Shown here piece after piece: positions 15,452-23,470 of a DNA stretch of 32,000 nt. This DNA is from Candidatus Lokiarchaeum ossiferum (GTDB lineage Archaea > Asgardarchaeota > Lokiarchaeia > Sigyniarchaeales > Promethearchaeaceae): the NCBI GenBank assembly GCA_025839675.1, contig CP104013.1:2130001-2162000 (forward strand). The letters run 5' to 3'. Made by a program: the position numbers and the translations under genes. Positions within the stretch are counted from its first letter, which is position 1. Every line of letters starts with the position of its first letter. Below the pieces are notes generated by a model, which saw only the letters and a program-made list of their open reading frames with translations, was not told where the DNA came from and did no database searches.

Positions 15452-16057
15452 TTAAATAATATTTTTGGCTTTCTTTTCTGCATAAAGACGCAAAGCATTT
15501 TCCATGCTATCCATAATGAGTTTTCGTTCAGATAATTCCAGTTTGGTGGCATATTGAGTTATTTCATCAATAACCATCTGGGCATCTTCACTCAAACGAT
15601 CTAAATGGACAAATTGCTCAATCACTTGAGCGGTTATTAAGCTAGAAAAGGTAGACCCCGATTGTTCCTTAAGCATTTCTCGCACATCATAAATTGGAAT
15701 CCCTAACCGCGTATATTGACAACGATACTCATGTAAACCTTGGGAGGTAAGTTCACCACAGATCAATTCCCGAAGATGAGGTGCAGCAATGAAATCCAGT
15801 CCTAAAGTGCTTAATCGGCGAAGAACATTGGTTGTAATTTCAATTGCTCTTTTTTGCTCCAAGCCTGTTTCCCGTATCAAGGATTCAACAATATTTTGAG
15901 GATTAAACGCAGAAATCTTCCCATCAGTTGTCTCAACACGCTTAGGAAGCAAATCTTCTGGATTAATGATTTTTTTCTTCAGTTCTTTTTTCGGATCAAA
16001 GTTTATTTTGAACATTCCAATTCCCTCTGCTATAAGCACATCTATTCCGTTATCCAT
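15452..16057 (-). CDS. Stand-alone ATP-cone domain protein with a helical C-terminal extension
   Basis: The segment VETTDGKISAFNPQNIVESLIRETGLEQKRAIEITTNVLRRLSTLGLDFIAAPHLRELICGELTSQGLHEYRCQYTRL fits the ATP-cone pattern (DG..F...I..S......A..I...V...L......I...I...V...L...G....Y). The track ORF extends to 16147, but that extension would consume the promoter/TATA region shared with 16173. ATG 16057 (MDNG) or 16015 (MFKINF) is more likely. Confidence 0.7.
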   Translation of the reverse strand: MDNGIDVLIAEGIGMFKINFDPKKELKKKIINPEDLLPKRVETTDGKISAFNPQNIVESLIRETGLEQKRAIEITTNVLRRLSTLGLDFIAAPHLRELICGELTSQGLHEYRCQYTRLGIPIYDVREMLKEQSGSTFSSLITAQVIEQFVHLDRLSEDAQMVIDEITQYATKLELSERKLIMDSMENALRLYAEKKAKNII

Positions 16058-16172
16058 AAAAAGTAATTTATTGGTATAATAATATGGGGTATAAGAACAG
16101 ATAAAATCCGACTTATTTTTTTCGCGAAGAAATATAAGTATAAACACTTTGAGTAAGAAATAGGGACCACAA

Positions 16173-17450
16173 ATGAAAGTACATATGGCTTACGGAACGG
16201 AAGGAATAGAATTTGAGATTGATGATAATATCACAGCAGAGGTCGTAAAAGCAGCAATGGAAACACCCTTAGATGACCCAAAACAAGCTATTGTGGAAGC
16301 TTGTGAAAAACCCCTTTTTTGTCCCCCCTTACGGAATCTCTTGGCCAAACGAAAAGATGGCAAAATTTGTATTGTAATATCGGATAGTACACGGCCTGTT
16401 CCGAGTAAACTTATCATTGAAGCTCTCATCGAAATTTTTGCAGAATATAAGATCCTGGATGAAGATATCCAGATACTCATTGCTACCGGTTTACATCGGA
16501 AATCCACACCCAAAGAAATGAAACAAATGCTCGGCAATGATATTCGATTTAGATTTGATATAATAAATCACGTAGCCAAAGATATGGATACTCTAGAATA
16601 TCTCGGAGAAAATAAATTTGGAAATCCGATCTATATCAACAAAACATATCTAGAAGCCGAAATTAAAATCATTACAGGATATGTAGAACCCCATTTCTTT
16701 GCAGGTTTTTCAGGAGGAAGGAAAGCCATTGTACCTGGAATTGCGGGTAGTGAAACTATAGCCCACAATCATTGTAAAGAAAATATTGGATCGGAGAAAG
16801 CGCGGTTTGGAATTCTTAAAGACAACCCAATCTATGAAGATGCAATCGATATCGCCAAGAAAACCGAAATTAAACCTGATTTCATGATCAATGTGTGTAT
16901 TAATCCAGCACACCAAATCACAAAAGTGATTGCGGGAGCACTTCAGAGCCATCAAGAATTAGTGATGTATCAAGAACGTTTATGTTTTCATCGCATTACC
17001 GAACGATATGATGTCGTAATTTGTGGAAATGGGGGATTTCCTCTTGATTTAGATTTATATCAAGCGGTGAAAAGCATGGCCATTGGAGAATTAGGAGTCA
17101 AACAAGGGGGCACTATTATTACGGTGAATGAATGCCGCGATGGCGTAGGGCATCCAAAATTTGAGGAAATGATCAACTTGGGATTAACCCCCACGGAATT
17201 TTTAGATCAATTAAACTCGGGAAAAATTACATGTTTAGATCAATGGGAAAGCCAGGTGTTAGCCCGAGTTTTAGAACAATTTCAAGTTTTTATCATTTCA
17301 TCCATAACAAAAGCCAAATTGGGAAACATGGGACTGAAATATGCCGCTTCGGTGGAAGAAGCCTTGGATCTTTGTCAACAACACTATGGCCCCCAAATGC
17401 GGGTATTAATTCTTCCCGATGGACCGATGATGTTGCCAAAAGTTCAATAA
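16173..17450 (+). CDS. LarA-family protein (lactate racemase N-terminal domain / nickel-pincer-nucleotide-dependent racemase-epimerase homolog)
   Basis: 425-aa ORF with ISDSTRPVP, IATGLHRKST and TGYVEPHFFAGFSGGRKAIVPGIAGSETIAHNH. That last segment covers the catalytic His, the cofactor-tethering Lys and the Ni-ligand His of the LarA pattern. A TATA-like aaatataagtataaa lies about 30-40 nt upstream. Confidence 0.8.
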   Translation: MKVHMAYGTEGIEFEIDDNITAEVVKAAMETPLDDPKQAIVEACEKPLFCPPLRNLLAKRKDGKICIVISDSTRPVPSKLIIEALIEIFAEYKILDEDIQILIATGLHRKSTPKEMKQMLGNDIRFRFDIINHVAKDMDTLEYLGENKFGNPIYINKTYLEAEIKIITGYVEPHFFAGFSGGRKAIVPGIAGSETIAHNHCKENIGSEKARFGILKDNPIYEDAIDIAKKTEIKPDFMINVCINPAHQITKVIAGALQSHQELVMYQERLCFHRITERYDVVICGNGGFPLDLDLYQAVKSMAIGELGVKQGGTIITVNECRDGVGHPKFEEMINLGLTPTEFLDQLNSGKITCLDQWESQVLARVLEQFQVFIISSITKAKLGNMGLKYAASVEEALDLCQQHYGPQMRVLILPDGPMMLPKVQ

Positions 17451-17472
17451 ATTTTGATCCCTAAAATCCTCT

Positions 17473-17733
17473 TTACTCTTTTATTTTCTCTTTTACCGCA
17501 TCTAATAATTCATAATACATTTTTTTGTACATTTTCAGTTCCAGAGAGAGCTCCTTGACATGATCTTCTAATTCATGAATTCGATCTGATTCCCCAATTA
17601 ACCGTTGAAGGGTGGAGTTGGACATACCTGTTCCATACCGATTTTTTAAATCTTGCTGAATTTGAGAGTACGAGATGCCTTGATCTAAGAGAGCACGAGC
17701 ATGATCTTGTTTTTCTTTGGATGATTTTGGCAT
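17473..17733 (-). CDS. Small helix-turn-helix protein with a C-terminal coiled coil / leucine-zipper-like helix
   Basis: 86-aa ORF. The HTH-like segment is GISYSQIQQDLKNRYGTGMSNSTLQRLIG, followed by IHELEDHVKELSLELKMYKKMYYELLDAVKEKIKE. It starts 13 nt downstream of the stop of 17746-18843, so co-transcription is likely. Confidence 0.6.
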   Translation of the reverse strand: MPKSSKEKQDHARALLDQGISYSQIQQDLKNRYGTGMSNSTLQRLIGESDRIHELEDHVKELSLELKMYKKMYYELLDAVKEKIKE

Positions 17734-17745
17734 TGGAAAGGCACC

Positions 17746-18843
17746 TCAGTGTTTTTCTTCCATTGAATGTAATGTTGTTGGAGATTGTTGAACCTTTTTA
17801 AGAATTTTCTGATGATCCGATAATATTTTTTCCTTTGGAAGTGGATAAATTTCTTGAAAACGTATTTTTTCCCCACATTGAACACAATAGATGGGAGTAT
17901 CTTCGGATAATTCTGTCAGTAATTGGGATTCGACCACATTTCCACAAGTAAGGCATTTTATTCCTTCAGTTGAATTAATACTATTCGATTTTGCACCATT
18001 TAATCGTTTAGGGATTGTAATTTTTAGTGTTTTGGATATGTTTTGCTGAAAGAAATATTGTAGAAGTAATAATCCATTAAGATTAACAAATCCAAAAACT
18101 TGAAAAGTAGGATTAGATTCCACAATTAAGAACCCAAATCCAATTATCGCAATCCAAAACCAGGTAATATAGAAAATGAACTGTTTTATAATAGTTGAAG
18201 GAATTATTTTAGATATAGGATCCACCCTTTTGTGGAAAAATAAATTAAAAATAAAAGGAATAAAAAGAAATCCAATATAAAAAACCAGAGAGCCTATTCC
18301 AAGAAAGTTAGCATCTATTACAAATATAAGCAAATAGGATAGATTGATCATTATAGCAATAGAATAATGCTTATTTTTTTTTAAGTCTAGAATAATATTG
18401 GATTTTTCTATATAGTGATAATTTTTTTCCTTCTTTTTGAAGAAAATATAAGTATATAATGGGACAAGGAAAATAATGTGAGTTACTAAGCATAAATAAT
18501 GGATCCAATAAATATCTGAAGTCGAATAACCGGATTTAAAAAGTGGAATTAATATTATTGCACTTGTAGTAAGAATAATAATTTCTAACACAATTTCAAT
18601 AATAATAGGCCATGTTTTATGTAACAAATATTGAAAATCAATTGAATGGGGATCTTTATCAACTGGGAGAAGCAAGAGTAATTGAAAAATAATGAAAGCC
18701 AAAAGCCCAGTAATTGGAATTATAATTGAATCTAAATCGATAAAATTCACTAAAATGGTTATAGATGTTGCTTGCAGGAAGGATAGTGCACCAATTTTTA
18801 GCATATCAAAAAATGTTAATTTACCAAAGATGTGATCCGCCAT
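17746..18843 (-). CDS. Polytopic membrane protein with a C-terminal cytoplasmic zinc ribbon
   Basis: 365-aa ORF with an ATG at 18841-18843. About 290 aa of hydrophobic helices are followed by CLTCGNVVESQLLTELSEDTPIYCVQCGEKI (CxxC-x19-CxxC, nt 17875-17955). Confidence 0.7.
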   Translation of the reverse strand: MADHIFGKLTFFDMLKIGALSFLQATSITILVNFIDLDSIIIPITGLLAFIIFQLLLLLPVDKDPHSIDFQYLLHKTWPIIIEIVLEIIILTTSAIILIPLFKSGYSTSDIYWIHYLCLVTHIIFLVPLYTYIFFKKKEKNYHYIEKSNIILDLKKNKHYSIAIMINLSYLLIFVIDANFLGIGSLVFYIGFLFIPFIFNLFFHKRVDPISKIIPSTIIKQFIFYITWFWIAIIGFGFLIVESNPTFQVFGFVNLNGLLLLQYFFQQNISKTLKITIPKRLNGAKSNSINSTEGIKCLTCGNVVESQLLTELSEDTPIYCVQCGEKIRFQEIYPLPKEKILSDHQKILKKVQQSPTTLHSMEEKH

Positions 18844-19131
18844 ACCATTCTCATATCGATACGCCTTATTAAATCTTACTTTTCATTATCATTTCTTATC
18901 ATTTACTAACAAAAATTTATTTTAGGGGTTTAAAAGATTTTTCAGGTATTAATTATGTCTTTGAGTAAATAGATAAGATTTTTCTACAAAATTTGTCTCT
19001 TCGTGATCAATTGGGGGAACAATGGGTCAACATTCTCTTATCGTCCAAATTTGGGGAATACTTTTATATGCCAATAGAACGATAATAAGTATCATATCTC
19101 TTAATGCAGATATTACTGGTGAAAAGAAAAA

Positions 19132-19701
19132 ATGAATTATCCTCTATTTATTAATTTCAAGAAAGTCGCTTTTGCCCCTCAATTTAAGGTGACGGATGCG
19201 AATGGCGATATGGTATGTTACGTGCGCCAAAAATTGTTTAAATTAAAAGAAGACATTAAAGTTTATAAGGAACGGGAGCGACAAACGCTCCTCTATAGTA
19301 TCCGCGCAGATCGGATCATAGATTTTTCCGCAAAATATACGTTTTATGATGCTCATGATGTACCTTTTGGTGCTATTAAACGCAAAGGGATGAAATCTCT
19401 CTGGAGAGCGAACTACTTGATTGATGGAGAAAACAATCAAGAGTTAGAATTAAGAGAAGAAAGTGTTTTAATTCGCCTTTTAGATCGATATGTAGGATGG
19501 CTTTGTGGTAGCTTCCTTTTCCACCCAGTTTACATCATTTCTCGGGCAGATGGAACTCCGGTAATGCGAGTCAAAAAAATGCCTGCTCTCTTTGAAGGTA
19601 AGTTTAAAATTGAATTACTCGCCCCGATGAGTGAAATCGAAGAAATGCGCAATTTACTCGGAAGTATGATGATGTTATTACTCGAACGAATGCGAGGGTA
19701 A
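19132..19701 (+). CDS. LOR / DUF567 / scramblase-like (Tubby C-terminal-like beta-barrel) family protein
   Basis: 189-aa ORF. It shows alternating beta-hairpin repeats of the kind seen in YxjI/LURP-one-related proteins (FAPQFKVTDANGDMVCYVRQKLFKLKEDIKVY, YTFYDAHDVPFGAIKRKGMKSLW). It ends in a hydrophobic C-terminal helix (LLGSMMMLLLERM). The assignment is from remembered family patterns only. Confidence 0.5.
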   Translation: MNYPLFINFKKVAFAPQFKVTDANGDMVCYVRQKLFKLKEDIKVYKERERQTLLYSIRADRIIDFSAKYTFYDAHDVPFGAIKRKGMKSLWRANYLIDGENNQELELREESVLIRLLDRYVGWLCGSFLFHPVYIISRADGTPVMRVKKMPALFEGKFKIELLAPMSEIEEMRNLLGSMMMLLLERMRG

Positions 19702-19775
19702 TTGTATACTTAGTTCCTTTTTTCATTTTTTTCCTTAGTTTGCGGAACAGCAATTTTTTCCCTCAATGAAAGATT

Positions 19776-20327
19776 TTACTTATTAGTTTTATCGGGAGCA
19801 TCAGCAAAACACACGTCTGTAGGGCACAGAGCGGATTTCCATTTATCGCTACATTGATTACAAACTTCCTTTGACTTTTTCATATGTAAGACTTGAAGTG
19901 GAATGTACCCGCCGACAGAAACTGCCATTAAAAGAAAGATCTTAACAATTATGGACGCATTTATTAATAAATAAGCGGAGTGTAAAATTAAACCCGCTCC
20001 AAAACCAATGAATGCTTTTTGGAATATTTTGAGGACTTTCATTTCTGTTATTGGTGATAAACTTAGCAGCTGAAAAGATACCATTCCCAATCCAAGAAAA
20101 AAGAGAATATCCGCCCTTAAAACACTGTACGTTGCGAAAAAATACGAAATAACGATTGCAAAAATCATGGATGGATAGCCGATAAAACACCCGATGCAAA
20201 ATTGGAGGGAAAAGAGTCCAAAAGTATGATTTTTAAACTGTTCACATGGAGGATGATGAGACAGGAGCATTTTCCAATGACCTAGATTTTGCATTGATCG
20301 CGCCACACTTGTTCTAATTATAACCAC
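19776..20327 (-). CDS. Membrane protein, DUF2085-like, with a Cys-rich C-terminus
   Basis: 183-aa ORF with a GTG start (an alternative ATG is at 20294). The N-terminal SHHPPCEQFKNHTFGLFSLQFCIGCFIGY resembles the DUF2085 H-x-P-x-R-x-F ... C-x-R-C-x-G pattern. Four hydrophobic helices follow, and the C-terminus is CNQCSDKWKSALCPTDVC. Confidence 0.55.
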   Translation of the reverse strand: MVIIRTSVARSMQNLGHWKMLLSHHPPCEQFKNHTFGLFSLQFCIGCFIGYPSMIFAIVISYFFATYSVLRADILFFLGLGMVSFQLLSLSPITEMKVLKIFQKAFIGFGAGLILHSAYLLINASIIVKIFLLMAVSVGGYIPLQVLHMKKSKEVCNQCSDKWKSALCPTDVCFADAPDKTNK

Positions 20328-20422
20328 TATATATTTCCTTCTCTTTTAAAAGGATAAATTCAAAAGAAGAGAAGATAAAAATGGAAAGGGAAAAAATTGC
20401 AATTTATAAATGTTAAAAAAAC

Positions 20423-21790
20423 TTAATCAAAAAAAAGATCGACTTCTTCCCCACAGGACTGGCAGAAAACTGCTTTTTTGTCCCGAAATAATTGAATCAT
20501 TTGCGGTGTGAAAACGCTGCCACAATTGGGACAAAATTTCTGCGGAGGTATCGCGGGCGGTGTATTCATTCTTCCATGATAGCCATTTGGATTCCAGGAT
20601 TCCCACGGTTTAGTCCGTTTTATGGGTGGAGGTGTATCCATCCTTCCAATATAAGAGGATTGAGAAGAATGAGGCACTTCAACAAACTGTTCCGAAGATT
20701 TTTGGTATGAATGTGGATTGCGATTTCGTGAAACTGCCCAAACAATGATGATAATCACAATTATGATTCCAACAAGAACGAGTGCAAAAATAACAAGTGC
20801 AATTAAGCCAAAACCGAAAAGAACATCTTCAAATGGATAATCATAATGGTCGTATTGAGTTTCGGAATAAGTCTCGGTCCAAGTGGTTTCTGGGACAGGG
20901 AAAAGATCATTACCTTGATGTAATAAGGTTCTGGTCCCATTTCCAAATTCCCAGAATTGAGTTACTACTTCAGAAGTGGAAATTTGAATTACTGTTGCAT
21001 TGAAATAATATTCCCATGAAGCATTTGCAAAAATGAGACGATCAGTGAGAGAATTATTTTGAATCAACCCCATTTCAATCGAAATATCTAATCCCGAGGT
21101 TGAATTGCCATGAAGATTCCAACTCGCATTATAAAACCCAGCAAGATCGGAAAAATAATCAACATTACAAGTAAAATCATTCAGAAACCATGAATCGTCA
21201 ATCAAATCATAAAAATAACCAAAATTAATGGCTTCAATGGGGGAATATTGGGCCCAATCTTCCAATAAGGCGCTATTGTTTTGTTGGTAATCTGAGATAT
21301 TAAGATCAGACGGGATAATATTTAAGGAAAAAATATTTTCATAGGTGGTATTTTTCTGCTCGTTCAAGCTGTATCCATAGTCCCAGGAATCAGGATTTTC
21401 AAAATTTAATGGAAAATGTTCCGAATAAAAAGTGTCAACGTGAATATTAGTAGAATTATCATCCGAAATATCTATATGAAGATTATTGAAAATCCCAAGA
21501 TCAATATGATAAGAATCGTTTGTATTCAATTCTGAGTTTGATACAGAGTTAAACATGTAACTATTGTTGCTGGATAAGGAATAACCCAAGCTAATTGCGT
21601 CATCAATGGCATATTCTAAATTAGTGTCCAAAGTATGTTCAAGTAAGGACCGATTATAAGCATTAGATTTAGGAATGAACATTTTTTGTTGAGCTTGATC
21701 ACTCTCCACAAGATTTGGAAAAGTTGCGCTAAGACATCCAAGCATACAAGCTAGGAGTAAAATGGATGATAACCAAACATATTTTTTCAT
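20423..21790 (-). CDS. Type-I-like membrane glycoprotein with signal peptide, Asn/Ser/Asp-rich ectodomain, one TM helix, a Pro-rich cytoplasmic tail and a C-terminal zinc ribbon
   Basis: The likely start is ATG 21790 (MKKYVWLSSILLLACMLGC). The track start at 21880 overlaps the divergent gene. The ectodomain has about 13 N-x-S/T sequons by eye. The TM segment is LIALVIFALVLVGIIIVIIIIVWAV. The tail carries GRMDTPPPI and GRMNTPPAIPP, then CPNCGSVFTPQMIQLFRDKKAVFCQSCGEEV. Confidence 0.7.
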   Translation of the reverse strand: MKKYVWLSSILLLACMLGCLSATFPNLVESDQAQQKMFIPKSNAYNRSLLEHTLDTNLEYAIDDAISLGYSLSSNNSYMFNSVSNSELNTNDSYHIDLGIFNNLHIDISDDNSTNIHVDTFYSEHFPLNFENPDSWDYGYSLNEQKNTTYENIFSLNIIPSDLNISDYQQNNSALLEDWAQYSPIEAINFGYFYDLIDDSWFLNDFTCNVDYFSDLAGFYNASWNLHGNSTSGLDISIEMGLIQNNSLTDRLIFANASWEYYFNATVIQISTSEVVTQFWEFGNGTRTLLHQGNDLFPVPETTWTETYSETQYDHYDYPFEDVLFGFGLIALVIFALVLVGIIIVIIIIVWAVSRNRNPHSYQKSSEQFVEVPHSSQSSYIGRMDTPPPIKRTKPWESWNPNGYHGRMNTPPAIPPQKFCPNCGSVFTPQMIQLFRDKKAVFCQSCGEEVDLFFD

Positions 21791-21862
21791 TTTTGCATAA
21801 ACATAATAGTAGTTTATATTAAAAAATCTGTGGGAAGAATTCTCTGCTAAAGTGAAGTTAAT

Positions 21863-22459
21863 ATGAATAATGAGGAACAATTAATAGCGAGTAGTCACCA
21901 ATATAATGTAAAGAAGGAATGCCCAATGCCCAGCCCCCGGGAACTATTTAAACTCGCCTATGAAGCGGATCGCAATCGCAAATTTGATGAAGCGGAAAAC
22001 TTTTACCGTCAAGCCCTTAAATTGAATCCAAAATATAGCATGGCGTGGAATAATTTGGGCTGGATCTTGTTTGATCAATTCCAACAATATAAAGAAGCGG
22101 AAAAATGTTATAAAAAAGCACTCAAATATGATAACAGGAATTTTTATGCTTGGAATAACTGGGGGATCTTATATTATCGTCAAAAAATGAACTTTTCCAA
22201 AGCCCAAGAATGTTGGGAAAAGGCGATCACTTTTAATCCAGAATTTGGGAATGCGTGGAATAATTTGAGCGTATTGTACAAATTTCAGCACGGAAATCCA
22301 ACCAAAGCTCGTGAATTTGAAGAAAAAGCAATAAAATATCAAAATTCAGAACAAAAACAAACGCCCACTTCTAATCTCACCTATAATTTTTGTTCAGAAT
22401 GCGGTAGTACTTTAGAAGCAAGCCAGAAGATATGTGATGTCTGCGGATTAGAACGATAA
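21863..22459 (+). CDS. TPR-repeat protein with a C-terminal zinc ribbon
   Basis: 198-aa ORF with about four 34-aa TPR units (AENFYRQALKLNPKYSMAWNNLGW, AEKCYKKALKYDNRNFYAWNNWG, AQECWEKAITFNPEFGNAWNNLS). It ends in CSECGSTLEASQKICDVCG. An alternative start at ATG 21926 (MPSPRE) has a TATA-like caatataat about 20-28 nt upstream. Confidence 0.8.
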   Translation: MNNEEQLIASSHQYNVKKECPMPSPRELFKLAYEADRNRKFDEAENFYRQALKLNPKYSMAWNNLGWILFDQFQQYKEAEKCYKKALKYDNRNFYAWNNWGILYYRQKMNFSKAQECWEKAITFNPEFGNAWNNLSVLYKFQHGNPTKAREFEEKAIKYQNSEQKQTPTSNLTYNFCSECGSTLEASQKICDVCGLER

Positions 22460-22462
22460 CCC

Positions 22463-23449
22463 TTAGGTTTTTTGGTCAAAAGCCCATATTTTGATTTTAG
22501 GGGGAAAAACTTGAAAGGGGGCCACAGCTAAAAGAGACCAATCTTGAGAGATCCCCACAGTGAGCATCTTCCCTTCTTCAATATGGTGATTATGACAAAT
22601 CAATCCATCATGCGTTCGATATATTGTTAGATCATTGTCGAGATCCACAGCTAAAAAATGACTTCCCTCGGGATTAAAACTTAATTTCGTGATTTCTGCA
22701 GATGTTTGAATGGAGTATTGCAATTCATGGGTTTGATAGTTCCACATTTTAATCGTTTTATCCCGCCCTCCAGAAAGAAGCAAGGACAAAGTGGGATGGA
22801 AATCAAGCGTATATATTTCTTTGCGATGACCTTTGAGAGAAGGGAGATAATGACAGGAAGGAAATTCCCACAGGTGAATATCTGCTTCATCACCAATCGC
22901 CGCAAAAAGAGAATTGGAAGGATTTAGTTTTACCACATGCACCGAAGCTTGGGGTTGGTTTAAAATCTCTTCACATGCAAAGGAGAGATTATGCAAAGAT
23001 TTTTTTCCAGCAAGCGGATAAGCCACCTTCCATACCCTCACAGTTGCATCTTCCCCTCCAGAAAGGATATAATTATACGAATTATCACAAGTAACGGAAA
23101 AAACCTTCATTTTATGTCCCAATAAGGTATTTAAACATTGACCTGATTGAGGATCCCAAATTTTTATGGTCCCATCCTTGGACCCAGAAATTAGTGCTTG
23201 TTTATTCTGGCTTAAACATAAAGAGGTTATACTCGAATCATGTGCATCGAGAGAAAATTCTGGAGAGAGAGTCGTAGAATCTGAATTTGAAGCAGCACCC
23301 TTGTGTGATATGCGATAAATGTTAATCCGTTTATCCCAGCTACCTGAAAACATCCATTGATTATCGGTTGAAAAACCAATCACACGGATCTCATCTTGAT
23401 GCCCCAAATATTGACCTAAATCCGAATCAATTTTGGTTTTAATTTCCAT
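22463..23449 (-). CDS. WD40 beta-propeller protein (about seven blades, no other domain)
   Basis: 328-aa ORF with repeated GH...(S/G)GS.D..I..W units. Examples are GHQDEIRVIGFS..FSGSWDKRINIY, AHDSSITSLCLS..ISGSKDGTIKIWD, GHKMKVFSVTC..LSGGEDATVRVW and GHRKEIYTLDFH..LSGGRDKTIKMWN. Confidence 0.9.
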   Translation of the reverse strand: MEIKTKIDSDLGQYLGHQDEIRVIGFSTDNQWMFSGSWDKRINIYRISHKGAASNSDSTTLSPEFSLDAHDSSITSLCLSQNKQALISGSKDGTIKIWDPQSGQCLNTLLGHKMKVFSVTCDNSYNYILSGGEDATVRVWKVAYPLAGKKSLHNLSFACEEILNQPQASVHVVKLNPSNSLFAAIGDEADIHLWEFPSCHYLPSLKGHRKEIYTLDFHPTLSLLLSGGRDKTIKMWNYQTHELQYSIQTSAEITKLSFNPEGSHFLAVDLDNDLTIYRTHDGLICHNHHIEEGKMLTVGISQDWSLLAVAPFQVFPPKIKIWAFDQKT

Positions 23450-23470
23450 GGGATGTGCAACCGTCCTATC

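Noticed and set aside
17473-17733. The small HTH plus leucine-zipper protein looks like an IS3-family OrfA, raising the possibility of an insertion sequence.
   Set aside because: No OrfB/DDE transposase follows it, I could find no terminal inverted repeats or target duplications around it, and it is tightly coupled to the upstream membrane-protein gene. I treat it as a cellular regulator.
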